DNA from: Bacteroidota bacterium
Lineage (GTDB): Bacteria; Bacteroidota; Ignavibacteria; UBA10030; UBA8401
Direction: 5' to 3'
Assembly: GCA_028873075.1 (NCBI GenBank)
Contig: JAGWND010000002.1
Location: forward strand, 1 to 45,719
Length of the DNA: 45,719 nucleotides
Each line of letters starts with the position of its first letter. The first letter of the stretch is position 1. This document shows, piece by piece, positions 43,607 through 45,719 of this stretch. The position numbers and the translations under genes are program-made. The notes under the pieces are model-generated. The model was not told where the DNA came from. It searched no databases and saw nothing but the letters and a program-made list of their open reading frames with translations.

Positions 43607-45034
43607 GTGGAAAAAGTAAGAGTAGCGTTAGCGGGGACATTTCGCCCGATTTTTCACGGCAATATGCAAGCAGTTCTCGCTCACAGCATCGAAGTGCTGA
43701 AGAAAAAAAGTGCGGCATTGAATTTTGATTTTATCCCGGTCAGCGCAGGAATGGAAACATTGAGCGATGCACAAGCAGTCGCGAAACAACTGGAGGCAGC
43801 AGGCGCCGATCTCATCGTGATTCAAAATTCCTCTTTTGCCGACGGCGATATGATTCTTCCTTTTTTCTCGACTTCCGCGCGGCTTGCCGTGTGGGCTGTT
43901 GAGGAAACAACCACGAGCGGGCCGCTGCCGCTGAACTCGTTTTGCGCAACGAATCTCTACGTCAGCATTGCCGGCAGGTACGCGCCGGACTATAAAAAGT
44001 CGGTGAAATGGCTGTACGGAAATGCCGGGTCGGACGATTTCGGGCGGCGTTTCGATACAACAGTGAGAGCGCTTACGGCGATAAAAAATCTGAGGAAGTC
44101 GAAGCTCCTGATGATCGGCGACACGGTGCCGGGGTATCACGACGAGAAATTCGATGCGGGGAAGTTGCGGAATATTTTCGGCGTCACCATCGAGAAGCTC
44201 GGACTGGAGGAGTTTTATGATGAATTTCAAACGGCAATGAACAACGGCGGACTTGATGCGGCGGTTGAAGCGATCAAGCAGGAAAGCAGCGGCATTGACG
44301 TTTCCCATTCCGATATCAGAAAATCTGTCGGTGCAGAAGCGGCGTTTCAAAAAATAATTTCGCGGCACAACGGCTCCGCGATGACGTTCAGATGCTGGCC
44401 CGAAGTTCCGAATAAAATCGGATTGATGGTCTGCTCGACGATCGGAAGGCTCAATCAACAAGGTACCGTCGCGGCAACCGAAACCGATGTGCTCGGTGCA
44501 CTATCAATGATGACGCTCAGGTATCTCAGCGGCGGGCGGGAGACGGTGCTCATGGACCTTTCCGGCTGGGATAAACAGAGCGACTCGGTTTACATTTGGC
44601 ACTGCGGAAATGTTCCGAAAAGCTGGTTCGATGCTTCCGGGTTCAGACTGGCGAACCATTTCAATCGTGATACCATCGGGGTTGTGCGGGAAGGGACGAT
44701 GAAACCGGGGGAATTGACCGCGCTGAGATTCCTTGAGGATGATGCCAGCGCATTTCTTGCGACAGGAAGTTTTTACAAAAGAGAATCCCCGATTTATAAA
44801 GGCGTCAGTTCGTGGATGAACAATCTTGCAATAAACGGAGTACCGGCAACGAGTGCGGACTTCATGAATACTCTGCTTGTCAACGCGGTGCCGCATCATC
44901 TCGCCTATGTTGACAAGAATGTTACTACTGACGTTAACGAATTGTGTGCATGGCTCGGGATCAGTGTCATCAATCCGCTTCCTTATCAGGATTATTTGCA
45001 GAAACCGCATCCGCTGTTTCGTCCTGAACTATAA
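43607..45034 (+). CDS. L-fucose/L-arabinose isomerase-family protein (substrate unknown)
   Basis: 475 aa. The GTG start has a GGAGA SD. The N-terminal Rossmann-like region (RVALAG...AAGADLIVIQNSSFADG) and overall size match the FucI-like 'related proteins' group. The assignment is by eye. Confidence 0.55.
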   Translation: MEKVRVALAGTFRPIFHGNMQAVLAHSIEVLKKKSAALNFDFIPVSAGMETLSDAQAVAKQLEAAGADLIVIQNSSFADGDMILPFFSTSARLAVWAVEETTTSGPLPLNSFCATNLYVSIAGRYAPDYKKSVKWLYGNAGSDDFGRRFDTTVRALTAIKNLRKSKLLMIGDTVPGYHDEKFDAGKLRNIFGVTIEKLGLEEFYDEFQTAMNNGGLDAAVEAIKQESSGIDVSHSDIRKSVGAEAAFQKIISRHNGSAMTFRCWPEVPNKIGLMVCSTIGRLNQQGTVAATETDVLGALSMMTLRYLSGGRETVLMDLSGWDKQSDSVYIWHCGNVPKSWFDASGFRLANHFNRDTIGVVREGTMKPGELTALRFLEDDASAFLATGSFYKRESPIYKGVSSWMNNLAINGVPATSADFMNTLLVNAVPHHLAYVDKNVTTDVNELCAWLGISVINPLPYQDYLQKPHPLFRPEL

Positions 45035-45136
45035 TCGAAAGCGATAGTGTTATTCTCAAACCGACCCGCCCTAACCCTTCCCTTGTGCCAAAGGCATCCC
45101 TTTGGGACAGGGAGGGAATTAGAAAGGCTTCTGTGA

Positions 45137-45719
45137 ATGTTAACCGGTAACGTGCTTGTTGCGCAGGGGGGCGGACCGACCGCCGTTGTCAATTGCAGTC
45201 TAGTTGGTGTTATTGAAGAAGCCAAACGACTGCGAGCAAAACGTGTGGTGAAGGTTATCGGTGCACTTCACAGCATGGATGGAATTTTTTCTGGAAATTT
45301 CATTGACTTGGGAAAAGAACAATCGTCAACCCTGCAACGAATTTACCAAACGCCGGGAGCGGCATTAGGTTCCTGTCGGAGAAAATTGCAGGAAGAGGAT
45401 TATAGCCGAATCATCGAAATATTTAAAAAGTACGACATCCACTATTTTTTTTACATCGGCGGTAACGGCTCGATGCACACTGCGCACAAGTTGGATCAGC
45501 TAAGCAGTGATATCGGATACGATTTGACGGTCATCGGCATTCCCAAAACTATTGATAACGATTTAGCGTTTACCGACCACAGTCCGGGTTTCGGGAGCGC
45601 AGCCCGTTACTTCGCATCCGTCACGCGCGAAATCGGTCTCGATGTCGAATCGCTTCCCCCCCCGATTTCAGTCATCGAAACGTTGGGAAGGAATACCGGC
45701 TGGCTCACCGCCGCTTCTT
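45137..45719 (+). CDS. Phosphofructokinase-family sugar-phosphate kinase (5' partial, runs off the window)
   Basis: This gene is not in the ORF track. ATG 45137 gives MLTGNVLVAQGGGPTAVVNCSLVGVIEEAKR...YFFYIGGNGSMHTAHKL...VIGIPKTIDNDL...VIETLGRNTGWLTAAS, which carries the PFK-family motifs. Confidence 0.8.
   Translation, partial: MLTGNVLVAQGGGPTAVVNCSLVGVIEEAKRLRAKRVVKVIGALHSMDGIFSGNFIDLGKEQSSTLQRIYQTPGAALGSCRRKLQEEDYSRIIEIFKKYDIHYFFYIGGNGSMHTAHKLDQLSSDIGYDLTVIGIPKTIDNDLAFTDHSPGFGSAARYFASVTREIGLDVESLPPPISVIETLGRNTGWLTAAS

Overview
This is a 45.7-kb chromosomal window of roughly 47-50% GC. It most likely comes from an FCB-superphylum bacterium of the Ignavibacteria/Melioribacter type. That placement is an inference from three things: type-IX-secretion (T9SS) C-terminal sorting domains, a CarboxypepD_reg-type TonB receptor with no SusD partner, and genes led by Shine-Dalgarno (SD) sites.

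Positions 1-28.8 kb are + strand. They hold an Hsp20 gene followed by one long glycan-utilisation locus. In order, the locus contains:
- a LacI regulator with repeated operator-like sites;
- a secreted CBM-like T9SS cargo;
- an outer-membrane module of TonB-dependent receptor, 1100-aa Ca-binding surface protein, PorV/PorQ-like barrel and SurA-like PPIase;
- a CUT1-type ABC importer with no ATPase gene;
- two GDE_C-like six-hairpin glycosidases;
- a Zn-dependent alcohol dehydrogenase (Zn-ADH);
- a secreted 463-aa unknown protein;
- a 1052-aa PKD/LamG/T9SS protein;
- a GH2 beta-mannosidase.

Positions 28.8-41.3 kb are - strand. They hold:
- a hicB antitoxin with a nonsense-disrupted hicA toxin;
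- a GH130 enzyme;
- tRNA-Gln;
- a DUF4382 lipoprotein;
- a nucleobase permease and a NupC nucleoside transporter;
- a GH15 / glucose 1-dehydrogenase / glycogen phosphorylase cluster.

Positions 41.4-45.7 kb are + strand. They hold tRNA-Arg and a GntR-controlled operon of 2-hydroxyacid dehydrogenase, GntR, FucI-like isomerase and a PFK-family kinase that is truncated at the window edge.

I found no CRISPR array, transposase, integrase or recognisable defence system. The features I rate most notable are:
1. A family of three 129-bp MITE-like elements with inverted-repeat ends and 9-bp target duplications. A diverged relative appears to be embedded in frame in the beta-mannosidase gene.
2. The SusD-less TonB-receptor / CTD-cargo / PorV-paralogue module.
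3. The block of uncharacterised secreted proteins inside the glycan locus.
4. The decayed hicA toxin.

All functional calls come from reading motifs by eye. No database search was run.
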